64,000 nucleotides of DNA from Azolla caroliniana (lineage: Eukaryota; Plantae; Polypodiophyta): contig JBHGNT010000001.1 in assembly GCA_043228905.1 (NCBI GenBank), positions 11,904,001 through 11,968,000 on the forward strand. Reading direction: 5' to 3'. The notes beneath the pieces were generated by a model that saw nothing but the letters and a program-made list of their open reading frames with translations, did not search any database and was not told where the DNA came from. Position numbers and translations under genes: made by a program. Numbering within the stretch: position 1 is the stretch's first letter; each line of letters begins with the position of its first letter. Positions 1 through 11,616 of the stretch are shown piece after piece.

Positions 1-2663
1 TAACTCTACCTAATGGTTAGTTGTCATGCTACTTTTGCCTATGTCTAGGGTTCAATTCCCAATTTTCTCATATCCTCTCTTTAGTGTCATGTCATGGCCA
101 AACTTTTATGTTAGTGTCATGTTCATTTTTTCTTTTATTTTTTTATTTTTTTGTTATTAGAAATTAGCTCACCCTAGTGGTAAGTGCTTGTGTCATGTTT
201 TCTTCATATTCTCGAATATACGTTTTATGAGTTTTTGAACATTTGATTATAATTTATAAGGACATATTTTAATTCAAATCACTAGTTTATACTCATTTTT
301 TTGTAAATTTCTAAAGTGAGGAGGATAGAGATGTCTTGATTCTTAAGCAGCATCCCAAAGGCATGCATGTGATACAATACAAATATTGCAACCATACTTA
401 TGGTGGTGGTTCACAATGGATTAGAGTCCACTTATTGGGATTGAGAGTGAATCAATATATAATATAGGCCATAGTCAATCCAATCCAACGTGTCAATCCA
501 ATCCAACTTTGAGATGATTTACCATACACATTTGATTGAATCATTCTCAAATGCGAATGCACACATGTTATGTATGGTCCATTCTATCATTGCAAACATG
601 AGGGTTCTTACTTTAGTACCATATTAGTTTAAAGCGACGTTTGTATGTGTATGCATGTGCATGGTTGTGTTTGTATGTGTGTATTTGTATGCATGTATGA
701 ATGCATGCACACATGCATTTGCAACATTCTCTCACATGCTTTTTTTGCCATGTTACTCTATGTATCTGCTATTTTCATTTCTCATGAAAGATGAACTCTT
801 TCGGTCTTGAGAAACCTCATGCGACTTCAAGAAGTGATTGACAATACAGGCCAAAGATTCTAGTGACAATCAAGCAAGAGTTTGTTGTGATTTGTGCAAG
901 CTTTTGTGCGAATTCAAGCTCAAATCCACATATACCATGCTCTAAAAAAGAAAGGTGGACCAATACAACTTCCGAAGAGCTTATGCCATACCATTTGAAT
1001 CTCGACAAACCAACACTGAGGTGCACATAAAAAACACTTAATTTATTTCGTGATATCTTTGCTAGAAAGGCCGTAGATCTTGTTGATATGTGTTATATTA
1101 ACGATAATCTTATTCTGCTAACCCAAACATGAAGTTCCATTCTCTTGTTTCGTTTCCAAATTTTTTTATTATTCAAGGTGGCATTATAGCATAGGAACAA
1201 TGGAAGAGATTGAAGCATGTGTATATTTGGGCAAGAAATGACGTATATGAATGTCTTGACCCTGAATAGCTCTTGCAATGTTGGAGTTTCCTTTGAAACT
1301 ATAAGGAAGTAGGCTTCATTAATTCAAGCTTCCAGCATTGATGGCTTGGAGAAAAGTGAGCTCATCAAGGAAAATATAGTAACATGAAAATCACTACGAA
1401 TGCATCCAGACACGGTTATAAATAAATAAATAAATAGTTATGGTTGCTTATTATATTATGAACCACAAAAGTTGATGTTATTGTGCATGGGATCACTTAG
1501 GAGGTGAAGGTATAACGATTGATGCTTCTTGATTATTACTCTACATCTTTTGTTTGGTGCATATTCTATTATGAACCAAAAAAGTTGATCTTATTGTGCA
1601 TGGGATCAATACTTTAGGATTACTTAAGAGGTGAAGATAATATAATGATTCATGCTTCTTGATTATTACTCTACATCTTTTGTTTGCAACTATCATTTTG
1701 ATCATGGTATTTCATTCGCACAACATATTAACCTTCTGTTTCTTATTGTTAATATATAGGTTTTCAACTTATTTAATGATGGTGCTCAACAAAGAAGAAG
1801 TAAAAAAAAGTGTTTTTAGTGTGTCGATTTGCAAATCTCAGATTTCATAAGGACTATGATAAAGAGCATGTACATGAAGCTTGTTCACATTTACGTTGAT
1901 GACAACCCAACACTATTTTCTTGCAAATTTTAGATTAAATGTTCTTGATGTAAAGCTTTGTGGGTTCCAAAGCCTACTTACTTTGTTTTTGCTGAATAGA
2001 AATAACCCAACACTACTTTTGTTGCAAATTTAGATTAAATGTTCTTAATATAAAGCTTTGTGGGTTCCATAGCCTACTTACTCTGTTTCTGTTGTAGAGA
2101 GATTAATGGCTATGGATATGGAAGAGAATATGTTTTATAAGTTAAAAGTATTATGTGTGTTTGTTCTAGCATTGCAACATTTTTATCCGGTGAAGTTCTT
2201 GCTCAAGTTGAATGTTAAGAATGATTCTTGGACATCTCATAGTATAGCATTCTTGTATGCTCTTTTAGATATATTGTTTTTCACTTCCGTGAAGCCACAA
2301 TATATGCATTGTTACATAGGCATGTCAGTGAAGATGGCATGGAATGAAGACAACCTTTCGTGCTTAGTGCTTAGATGGTGATCCTTCTTTGAAGATGGTT
2401 TGAAGACACATATGCTCCACACCAACATACATGCAAACAAACATACATGGGTAAAAACATGTGAGTGGAAACCCTATTATAGTTAATGAGCTGTTAAAAT
2501 GCCCATAGCTATTTAGTTATTTGTTTAGCTAGTTTTTTGTGGGCAAATCATAAGCATCATTTACGAAATTTTATGCTTTATTAGTTAAATACATGCCATT
2601 TAATTTATGAGAATACTCAAAAATTTGAACTTTGGTTTCTAACGTAGTGGAACTTGGGGAACA

Positions 2664-4895
2664 ATGCCCTGATCTAAACTCGACTTGAATGTGACCAAAT
2701 TCCTACTAATCCTGAGTTTGAGTTCGAAATCCAAACAGATGGAGTACTTTGACCACGAACGTAGACGAAGCTCCCACAGCAACACAAGAACTCTAATATC
2801 GACATTTCACCTTCCGAGCTACAACACACCATAGTTTGATCCTCATCCAGGTATGTATCAGTTACACATTAAAAAATCCTTTTTTTCCCATTTTTGATAA
2901 CTCTAACTTTGTTGTTTGTTCATCTTTTATAAAAAAAGATTAGGGTGAAGTCATTGGAGTCCCAAACAAGCATGTCTTGAAGATTGGGGTGTAGCAGTAG
3001 GTGTAGATTGACAAAAATACTGATTAGGGTTTTTGATATTTGAAGTGGTTGATTTCTTATTATTGTCGAAATTTTCAGATTTAGTGTTGGAATTTTGTAC
3101 CAATTCACATTTCTGATTTCAATGGTTGTGTGTCTACAAACTTTCCCCAAACTTGATTTAGGATTTGGGTGAATGTGGCTGATTGTTTATTTTTTATTCT
3201 TCCCTACCAATTATGATTAGGGTTGATTTCATACATATTTCAGATTAGGGTTTCTCATTTCTTTAAGCGGTTGATTTTTTATTAGGTTTTCTTATTAAGG
3301 TTTCTGAATAGGTTTTTTGATTTTTTAAGTGGTTGATTTCTGATTACTATTGAAAATTTCAGATTTAGTGTTGGAATTTTGCACCAATTCACATTTTTGA
3401 ATTCAATGGGTGTGTCTACAAACTTCCCCCAAACTTGATTTAGGATTTGGGTGAATGTGGCTGATTTTTTATTTTTGATTCTTCCCCACCAATTATGGTT
3501 CTAAATACACATGTCCCAGTAGAGTAGAGGTAACATGTATCGATTTTTTATTTCAGGTGGCTCGTTCCTCCATATCCTAGAGTGGTGAACTTTGCAAAGT
3601 TTTGCGAGACAAATGAGGACTTTAACAACATATATGGTCTGTTGCTAGAGGGTATTAACCCTATTGTTCTAACAGATAAATTGATTAGTGATGTAGACTG
3701 GTTGTCAGTTTATAAAGTGCCCAAAGTGAAAGGCACGGTGAAGCTCAAGCATGTACAACCGAAGTTGTATGACGACTACATGAGGCTCCACCAGAAACTA
3801 CATCAAGAGATCCCGGTCAACAATGAGTTGTCTATTGCATTCATTAGAGCTTTTGCATACGAGTATTGCAAAACAACGAAGGAAACAACGAACACTGAAA
3901 TGTACAGGTTAGCTTGGGCTATTTAGGGTGAGGCATTGGTAGAATGATGCCGGAAGATGGGGAGCTTGCAACAAAAAATAGCAAGATTCTGGAGCATGGC
4001 AGTTAATGATGCAATTGCCGACTCCCAATAAACCCACAAGTATACACCACACCAAAACACAATGAAAGCCAATGTCGATGATACAGGTGAGACATTGATT
4101 AGCTATATGCTGAAAAATATCCATGAAGCCTGTGAGACATTGGAGGCAACAAAGAATAATTTAGAGAAAGCAACATTGGCTATTGCGATGGAGAGCAAAG
4201 TCACTTTGGTAGTGACAACAATAAAAAATAAGATTCAAGTAGCTATTGCTAGTATGTAACATGTTATAAATAACTTGTACATGAAAATGTGCTTAGTGAG
4301 GCATTATCTAGAACAGGTTGCTCAACATGAGCTCGAAATTGAGGGGTCGTTGGATCCCCAACGGAAAATACAACTGTAGATAGAGATCTAGGTTCTTTCA
4401 ATGAACCTGGACCTTCTAGGTGTAAATATTGTCACTGATTACAATTTGGAGAACCTCCAAGTCAGTTAATGATTCTTGTTTCTTATTGTTCTATCTTCCT
4501 CATTAAGGAATGATAAATCGGTAAATTTCTCGGTTGTGCTCTAGGAACAATACTCCCGTTAAGAACAGGTACTTAGTTGCCTTAAGAAGTAGCTACATTT
4601 GGTGGAGGGGATGGTAAGGAGCAGACAAGAATTGGACCTCAACATTCTTGCTCCCTTACCAAACAAAGGAGAACCAGGCAACGATATATTGATTGTTCAA
4701 GCACGTCGCATCGCTTGCGGCTTAGGCGCAGAGGACGAAACTGCTACTCTATTGGTACACCTACGACCATGCCATCACACATACCATATCATTTGTTTTC
4801 AATATGCCTGTTGCATTGCTACAGTCTGGTTGGGGGATTGCAATACATCTCTCCTAGATGAGTGGAGAAAACTGACTGTTATACATCTCTCCTAG
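2664..4895 (+). pseudogene. Decayed spliced gene: coiled-coil region followed by a RING-H2-like finger, possibly a transposon accessory gene
   Basis: Candidate intron with donor CAG|GTATGT at 2851 and acceptor TTTCAG| at 3556. ORF fragments at 3582-3926, 4062-4259 (heptad-like) and 4599-4895. The last contains IAC-x17-C-H-H-T-Y-H-I-I-C...DC, the C-x-H-x2-H-x2-C core of RING-H2. Many stops and frameshifts. Confidence 0.4.
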
Positions 4896-4899
4896 ATCA

Positions 4900-5146
4900 T
4901 CAACCAAATAGGAGGAGGGCGCTTTATATAAGGTCACCCTCTCTCTTCATTAACTCACTACAACAACTACTCTCTCATGGGGAATGTGAAGACTCATTGA
5001 CATGGGGAATATGGAACTCATTAGTTATGTGTCATAGTTAATGTGTAGAGAGTAGTGGTGTGACTCTTGACCTTTGAGTGATCATAGATTCTCAAATGGG
5101 GTATGGTTGATGATCTAATATGTGCGGGAAAGTATGTGTGAGGATT
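4900..5146 (-). repeat. LTR fragment related to the copia H LTR
   Basis: Shares blocks with 44676-44860: ggaggagg..ctttatata..gtcaccctctctcttcat, actcattagttatgtgtcatag, agtagtggtg..ttgaccttt. Confidence 0.55.
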
Positions 5147-5207
5147 TGTCGTAGTGTTCAACAAACAACACAGAAGGAAGGCAACAGAATAATCAGAAGA
5201 TAGACGT

Positions 5208-5899
5208 TGTCGTGCCTTTCGGCGCCGGATCGTTTGCGTGAGTCGGGTTTGAACTGCTGGGGTTTCTGACTAGGAGAAAGAAGAATATGAGATAATGTTA
5301 GTTAGGAAGAAATTGTAAGAAGAAGATATGAAACTCGTGAATCCCACGAGTATAATGTATTAATGGGTAATTAGATTGTAAGAGAGAATTAGATGGTAAA
5401 ATCGTGAGTTCCACGAATATTTTGTATTAATCAATCCTTCTAAAAAAATCACCAACCCTATACATCTTTTTCTCTTCCTTATATAGTGTTGGAAGAGTCT
5501 AAGTTTATCACATGCAAGTATCCTGCTTTTCCTAACTTTAGTTTTCATGCACACTGCATGTGCATGATTAGCTTTACTTTAGTTTCATGCACACTGCATG
5601 TGCATGATTAGATTTCTACCCCATCTTTTCTTTTAACTCGAGTGTGTATGCATGAATAACTTTTTGTACCATGCATATCTAGAATATTTAAATGGGATAA
5701 AGTTTAGTATAACTTTAATTTCATAGTATGTTAGTATAGTGGTAAGGCTAGGGTTTGTCTACGTGGAGGTACAGGGTTCGAATCTTGCCTTATGCACGTA
5801 ATAAATATTTTAAATATTTTATTTTTATTTATTATACGTACTCTAAATCGGATATAGTGTTTTACATATTTTACGTAGTGTGTGATTCACACTACGACA
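5208..5899 (-). repeat. 3' LTR of gypsy A
   Basis: TG..CA termini; near-identical to 11514-11616 plus 17311-17789 except for a ~120-bp indel; adjacent PPT (minus strand GGAGGGGGCGAG). Confidence 0.92.
5725..5796 (+). ncRNA. tRNA-like Pol III cassette inside the gypsy A LTR (not a canonical tRNA)
   Basis: A box TAGTATAGTGG at 5732, B box GGTTCGAATC at 5775, tRNA-like spacing of 43 nt, T-runs just downstream; stems degenerate. Confidence 0.6.
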
Positions 5900-5955
5900 C
5901 TCGCCCCCTCCGAACCCGCACATCCTCCGGTATGTGCCGAAGTCCCCGATGCTTG

Positions 5956-8900
5956 CTATTCACCTTCATCCGAAGCTTCCTCCGATTCTCCCCTTAAGTC
6001 GACTATGAGTTGTAATCCACTTTCTTCGCTTTCCGCATCACCGCGATCTTCGTCCGATTGCTCCTCCTTGTCGGTCTTATCTAGGATCATATAGGGTTCT
6101 TCATCAATCCGTTTTTGAAAATCTTCACCCGTTTCCCGGCTATAGGCACTCGTAGTATCATTCCATCCAACTCGCATAGTCGGTAAGTTCCGTTGTCGAA
6201 AACTTTCCGAACCTCATATGGCCTGAACCACCTTTTCGCGAACTTCAGCATCGTTGTATGTTGATGATCCAAACTACTGTCGTAGACAATCACCCAATCT
6301 CCTTCTTCAATCTTCCGCAGTCATAGTCGGTGCTTTGTGTCGAACCGGCTTTTATTTCGGAATCGTGCTTCTTATTGTCGGCGTATTGCTTCCACTATAT
6401 CTTCTGGTCTTCCCTCTAGTTGTTGTATCCAGACCGCTAGTAGTTCTTCCCGGCTCATATCTTCCTTCCACGGTAGCACTGTCCATGTCGCGATCACGGT
6501 TTCCGTTGGCATTACCGGTGCTTGTCCGGTCATGAGTTCTGCCGGCATATAACTGGTTACGGAGCTATGAGTCATCCGATACACCCATAGTGCATACGAG
6601 AGCATCTGCTGCCAATCCTTCACCCTTTCGTCGCATGCTTTGGCAATTGCTTTGACGATCGGACTATGTCCTCGTTCGATTTTTCCATTGGCCTTCAGAT
6701 TGTATGCCATTGTTAGTGTTAACCTAACTCCATGCTTTATCAGAGTCGAGTTCTCCCCGATCCGCAATCACTTGTCCTACGCACCCGTACCTACAAAACA
6801 CCTCCTCCAAAAGAAATTGGCATACCGCAGAACACGTTTTCCTTCGTAGTGCTCGACCTTCTACTTGGTTTGTGAGATCTTCCCGAGTTAACACCAAGTA
6901 CTTCTTTTGTCCGATCCCGGTTGGCATGGCTACAATATCGACCATCCACTTGAAGTTGATTGTCGGTGAGAATGTCGGATGTAATTCATCTCGGTGTCGA
7001 ACTCCGGAGTAGATTTGACACTGCTCGCAGCTTTCCGTGAACTCTGCTATATCTTTGTACATGTTCTTCCACCAATATTTTTGTTTGATTTTCACAAAAG
7101 TTTCCCATGTTCCTCGATGTCCAGCCCAATCGGATTTGTGAAATTCGGACATTATCCGGTTTCGTTGCTCTTTCGTCCCGACTATCCGAAGTGGTATGCC
7201 ATCCGGTCTTTTCGGCTCCCTCCATATTAATCCATTTTTCAAGAAGAACTTTCCGACTTGCCGCTTCTTACTTCAAATCTCGGCTCTCATCTCTTTATTG
7301 TCCAATGATTCCTCGATTTCTTGTAGCACTTTCCCGATCACCAAGCTTTAACCCTCGTATTCTTCTTCCCGGAATTCTCGGATTACGTTCACCTGGCATA
7401 TGTGCTCCAAAGCAAAGTAGTCTTCGGAAACTTCTTCATTATCGGATTCGGTTATGTCATCTCCAAACCGCGCCCTTGATAGCATATCCACTACCGCGTT
7501 GTCTTTTCCGGAGATGTGTCGTACCTCCGAATTAAGTGACTTAACATATACAATCCACCTTAGCATAGCCACATCCGGTATCGTGCAACACCGCATCATC
7601 TCGAGTATCGGAAGACAATCCGTTTCGATCACTACTTCGTCTTCAACCAAATAATCTCGATCCGATTTGATTGCCGACACGACTCCCCATAATTCTCTTT
7701 TGACTTGTGCATACCCGCATTGCCTTTCGTTGAGAACCTTTGCTCCGAATCGGATCGGATATCGCGAACCATCCGAGTCGGCTTGATTGATGACCCATCC
7801 GATTCCGGTTGGACTTGTGTCAACCGTTACTATAACCGGTCGGTCATAGTTCGGCTTCTTTAGTGCTTTTGCCCTCCGCAGAGATTTGTTGAGCTTCTTC
7901 ACAGCTTTGGTATGCTCCGGTTTCCATTCGAACTTCTTCCCCTTCCGCAACAAGTGATAGAGTGGGTCCACAATATGTGCCTAGTGCGGAATCCATATGT
8001 GATAGAATGCACACGCTCCAAGAAACCTTCGGACTTCGGATTGTGACTCGCATACTTCTCTCATAGCTTGAATCGCATCGATCTTGGTTGGTGACGGTCT
8101 TTGGCCGTAGGGTCCACATAGATGTCCGACTACCAATATTTCTTCTTGCCTGAATGCCGATTTCTCACCGGAAAGTGTTAGGTACACATCTTCTAACTTC
8201 CGAAGCACTTTCTCGCAATCATGAATATGGTTGACTATGAACTTTCGGCATCCCCGATCATCCATAGTTTCATCTTTTTCTTCTACCGCGCATCCTTTCA
8301 TCGGAATGTCATCTAGGAATGGCATCGTTATCTCCGGAATGCAATCTCGAAGCACCTTGTTCATCACGTTCATCATATGTGCGACCGAGTTTGTCGCGCC
8401 TTGTGGTAGCGTACACATCCGGACTAATCCTATAGGTGTCTGCATGGTAGTGATGCCTCGGCTCTCCACGGCTAGTTGGAATTGGTCATACCCCGAGTAT
8501 AGGTCTCCGATGGAGTATATCGCACGACCGGCAAATGCTTCTGCAAATTCGTCCACTATCGGACCGACTCCAGAGTTCCGGATCGTGACCTTGTTCTCCG
8601 GTTGCAAGTCTTGGATAAATCGGAGTGACCCATTCTTCTTCGGAACCATAAACCATCGATTTGAGTACGGAGCGTTTGATGGCTCTAGAATCCCCATCGC
8701 CACCTTCTCCTTGAGCAAGTCGATTATTTTGGGAATATGCACCTGCGGCATCGGAATCGGCTTCAGGTTCCATGGCACATGGTCAATCGTGAAAATCACC
8801 ATCGGCTCCACTATCTTTGGATCAACACACCCTATCTCCTTCGATGTGAATGCAAATGCTTTCCCATGTTGTTCCAACATCCCACGGAATTGTTCTTCTT

Positions 8901-11496
8901 CATTTTGTAAAAGGAAACCACCTCCACCGATCCGAAGTTTCTTCCAGGTCTCATACATGAAGGCATGTCCAATATCCACGGACTTCCGAAGTGTTGGATC
9001 TCCCGAGACTTCTTTCCTCTTTTGTTCGCTACCGGTGGGTAGTGTTCCCGCGGCCGGTTTCACCTTCTTCTCCATGGTCTTGTATTTCGTACTTACCATT
9101 GCTTCTTCTTTGCGGAGTGCATCTGGCCCCATTTTCGCAATGATCTCGTACATCTCGACCGATTCCACCGGAATTACCCAGTTTCCCTGGCTTGTATCCT
9201 CTGCGAGCTCTTCAAGCCGTTGTAGCGTGCTCCCATAGAACACTTCTTCGGTTATTCCCATGATTTCTTCGTCTTCTTTTATTATTGATGCCGACCGTAA
9301 CTTATCCTCCATTTTTCGGTATTCTTTCTTCATTCCTCCAGTTACGGTCGTGTACGTGGATGCCCCATCCGGACCGATTTGTACTTGTTTTGCTCCGAGA
9401 GTTTTCTTCTTGTGTGGGGTATCGGGGCTTCTCGGACTATCACTTCCCCACTCTGCAACAGTCCACTCTAAAAATCCATCCTTGTTTGGGACAAGAGCTC
9501 TCTCTTGTTCCTTTCATGATTTGCCGGCACAGTTAGGAACTGGACGGATTTCCCTCCGCTTTGGCCCCGAATTCGTGCGAAAGCCGCACCGCTATCGAGC
9601 ACCTTCGTCTCCAACCGTGATGCCATGATAAATGGTTGCCCGAAGATCACGAAATGTGAGACCTCGTCTTGTACGAAGAAATTTTGGTCGATCTCGACAT
9701 CCCGATCTTCACCATCACATCCGGACAAGCCGCAAATAGATCTTCTGTTGCTTTAGTGGCCGCCCGGATCTTCCATCCATGATTGGTGTTAATAGGCCAC
9801 TTCCCCTTCCGGTAGAACTCCTTAGACATCAAATTGATCTCCGATCCGTGATCAATCAATGCTAGCACGGGCTCTTTGATGTTGCCGATTCGGATCGAAG
9901 TCTCGGTAGTTGCACACGCCCAATGTGGCTTTGTATAGTGGGAGTTCGGTTTCGTCCTCCACTTCGGTGTCATTCATTAAGACGGTATTTGCATTCACCC
10001 TTGGAGCATTTTCCTCCGTACTTTGTCTTTTTCTCTTCACGAAATCAACAAGAAGATTGTGAAACTCCTTATTCGCTATTCCGAGTAATTCCCGAAGCAA
10101 AAATTCTACCCGGCTATCGAGAATTCTCTCCTCAAACACCTTTTTCAAGTCCGTTTGTTGTTCGATGTCCGAGGCGAGCTTGAATGCTGGAATCGTCTTT
10201 TCTTTTCCCTTCCCTCCAGAGTTTCAACTTTCCGGTGTCTTTGATGGTCCGTGCGCCGTCGTTTTTCATCCACATACACTTCATGCAATTGACATAGCGC
10301 ATGTACGGTATTCTTATCTACGGGGCACTCCCATCCCGTAGATTCCCGGATATATTCCGCGGCACTTCGGATTTCATCATGGTCGGCTTTCTTCGAAATT
10401 TCTAACATTTCTGGCCAAAAAGACGCCTTTGTTGCAGATGACTCCCCCACACATATTCCTGCGGTTGTCACATAATTTTCTTTCGCCGCGATCTCCTCCT
10501 CTAGGACCTTCTTCATGCCGCCTTTCCGGAAGTTCGGTCGAAGTGGCTTCCTAGAATCCATCGAATGAATTTGATTTCCCTCGTAGTAGATAAGATCCCA
10601 TCGTAACGCTTCCTTGTGCTCGTCGCAATCTCTCCGATCATGTTCGGTGCTATCGCACCATATGCATCGACGGTCCATGTACTTGGAACTTGTGGGACGG
10701 TCTTTCGTCTTCTTCACCATCGCGATTTTCAGATTCTCCATCTCCTTCAGCGTGGTTGCGTCGATTCCCTTCTCGGTCGTAGTCTCCCGAGCCCGCGGTT
10801 GATGGTCTTCCAATCTAGATCTTGGTTTCGGAATCGGTTCCGAAACCCTCTTTTCTTCGTTAGCAACCATTGCCCCCTCTTTGTATATCGTGTGATGATA
10901 TCTCACACGTTATCCCATGTATCAGTGAGGCCACTCTCGATGGTCGTGTCCTCCAGAAGCACTCCAAGATCCTTCTGGTCCCGGACGTCTACGGCTCGTA
11001 AGAACATGATAACTTTGTCCGGTGCGAGGATAGCTTGATCTCTCGTAGACAACCTCCCGAACCGACTTTCGAATGCCAAAAACACATCGAGGACCTTCAT
11101 CCCCTTGTCCGGCGTTTCCACCCAATCCTCAAATCCTCTCCGCGTTGCCTTGGAGGAGTCCTCGATAGCGAACGTGGTCTTTAGCGCCTCTTCAAACGAT
11201 TCCCACGTCGTATTTTGTTGTCGTAGCCCGTGGATACTTGCTTGAAGCCCATCGGTAGCTACCCGGTTGAAGGATGTCACTTGCAGTCCTTCTGAAATCC
11301 CACACCGTATCATTTCCGCCTTGTAGTCCTGAAGATAGCGTGATAAGTCCTTTCTGTTGAATTGCCCGATCCGTTGCACGAGTCGCTCTACTGTCGCCGC
11401 TATCTCCGACATCGCACGTTGTTCTTGAAGCATGCGCTCAATCATCATGTTGTTAGCGTCTGGTTTATTTTCCATCTCCTTGCCACCTGTTTTCAC
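5956..11496 (-). pseudogene. gypsy A gag-pol, broken by stops and frameshifts
   Basis: Gag with zinc knuckle CIWCDSTEHDRRDC (10145-11496), protease LIDHGSE (9647-9973), RT LPQG..FLDD (7981-9333), RNase H VDTS..ETDC (7348-7971), integrase H..H..C..C and DDE core (6372-7242), GPY/F-like RWFRPYEV (6087-6293). No chromodomain seen. Confidence 0.93.
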
Positions 11497-11509
11497 GTCG
11501 GGTTCACCA
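11492..11509 (-). promoter_or_regulatory. Primer binding site for tRNA-Trp (gypsy A)
   Basis: Plus-strand TTCACGTCGGGTTCACCA matches the 3' 18 nt of plant cytosolic tRNA-Trp including CCA (recalled sequence); 4 nt from the LTR. Confidence 0.9.
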
Positions 11510-11616
11510 CTTGTGTCATGCCTTTCGGCGCCAGATCGTTTGCGTGAGTCGGGTGGGAACCGCTAGGGTTTGGACTAGGAGAAAGAAGAATATGAGATAA
11601 TGTTAGTTAGGAAGAG

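Noticed and set aside
1455-3500. Local duplications (~1460/1570, ~1903/2003, ~3040/3325) as a structured array
   Set aside because: Simple two-copy duplications in AT-rich DNA with no periodic organisation.
5725-5796. Functional tRNA gene
   Set aside because: Acceptor, anticodon and T stems pair poorly and no clear anticodon is present; kept only as a tRNA-like Pol III cassette.
8231-9238. 335-aa plus-strand ORF (and similar ones such as 15056-15925)
   Set aside because: Shadow ORFs antisense to retrotransposon pol with no independent motifs.
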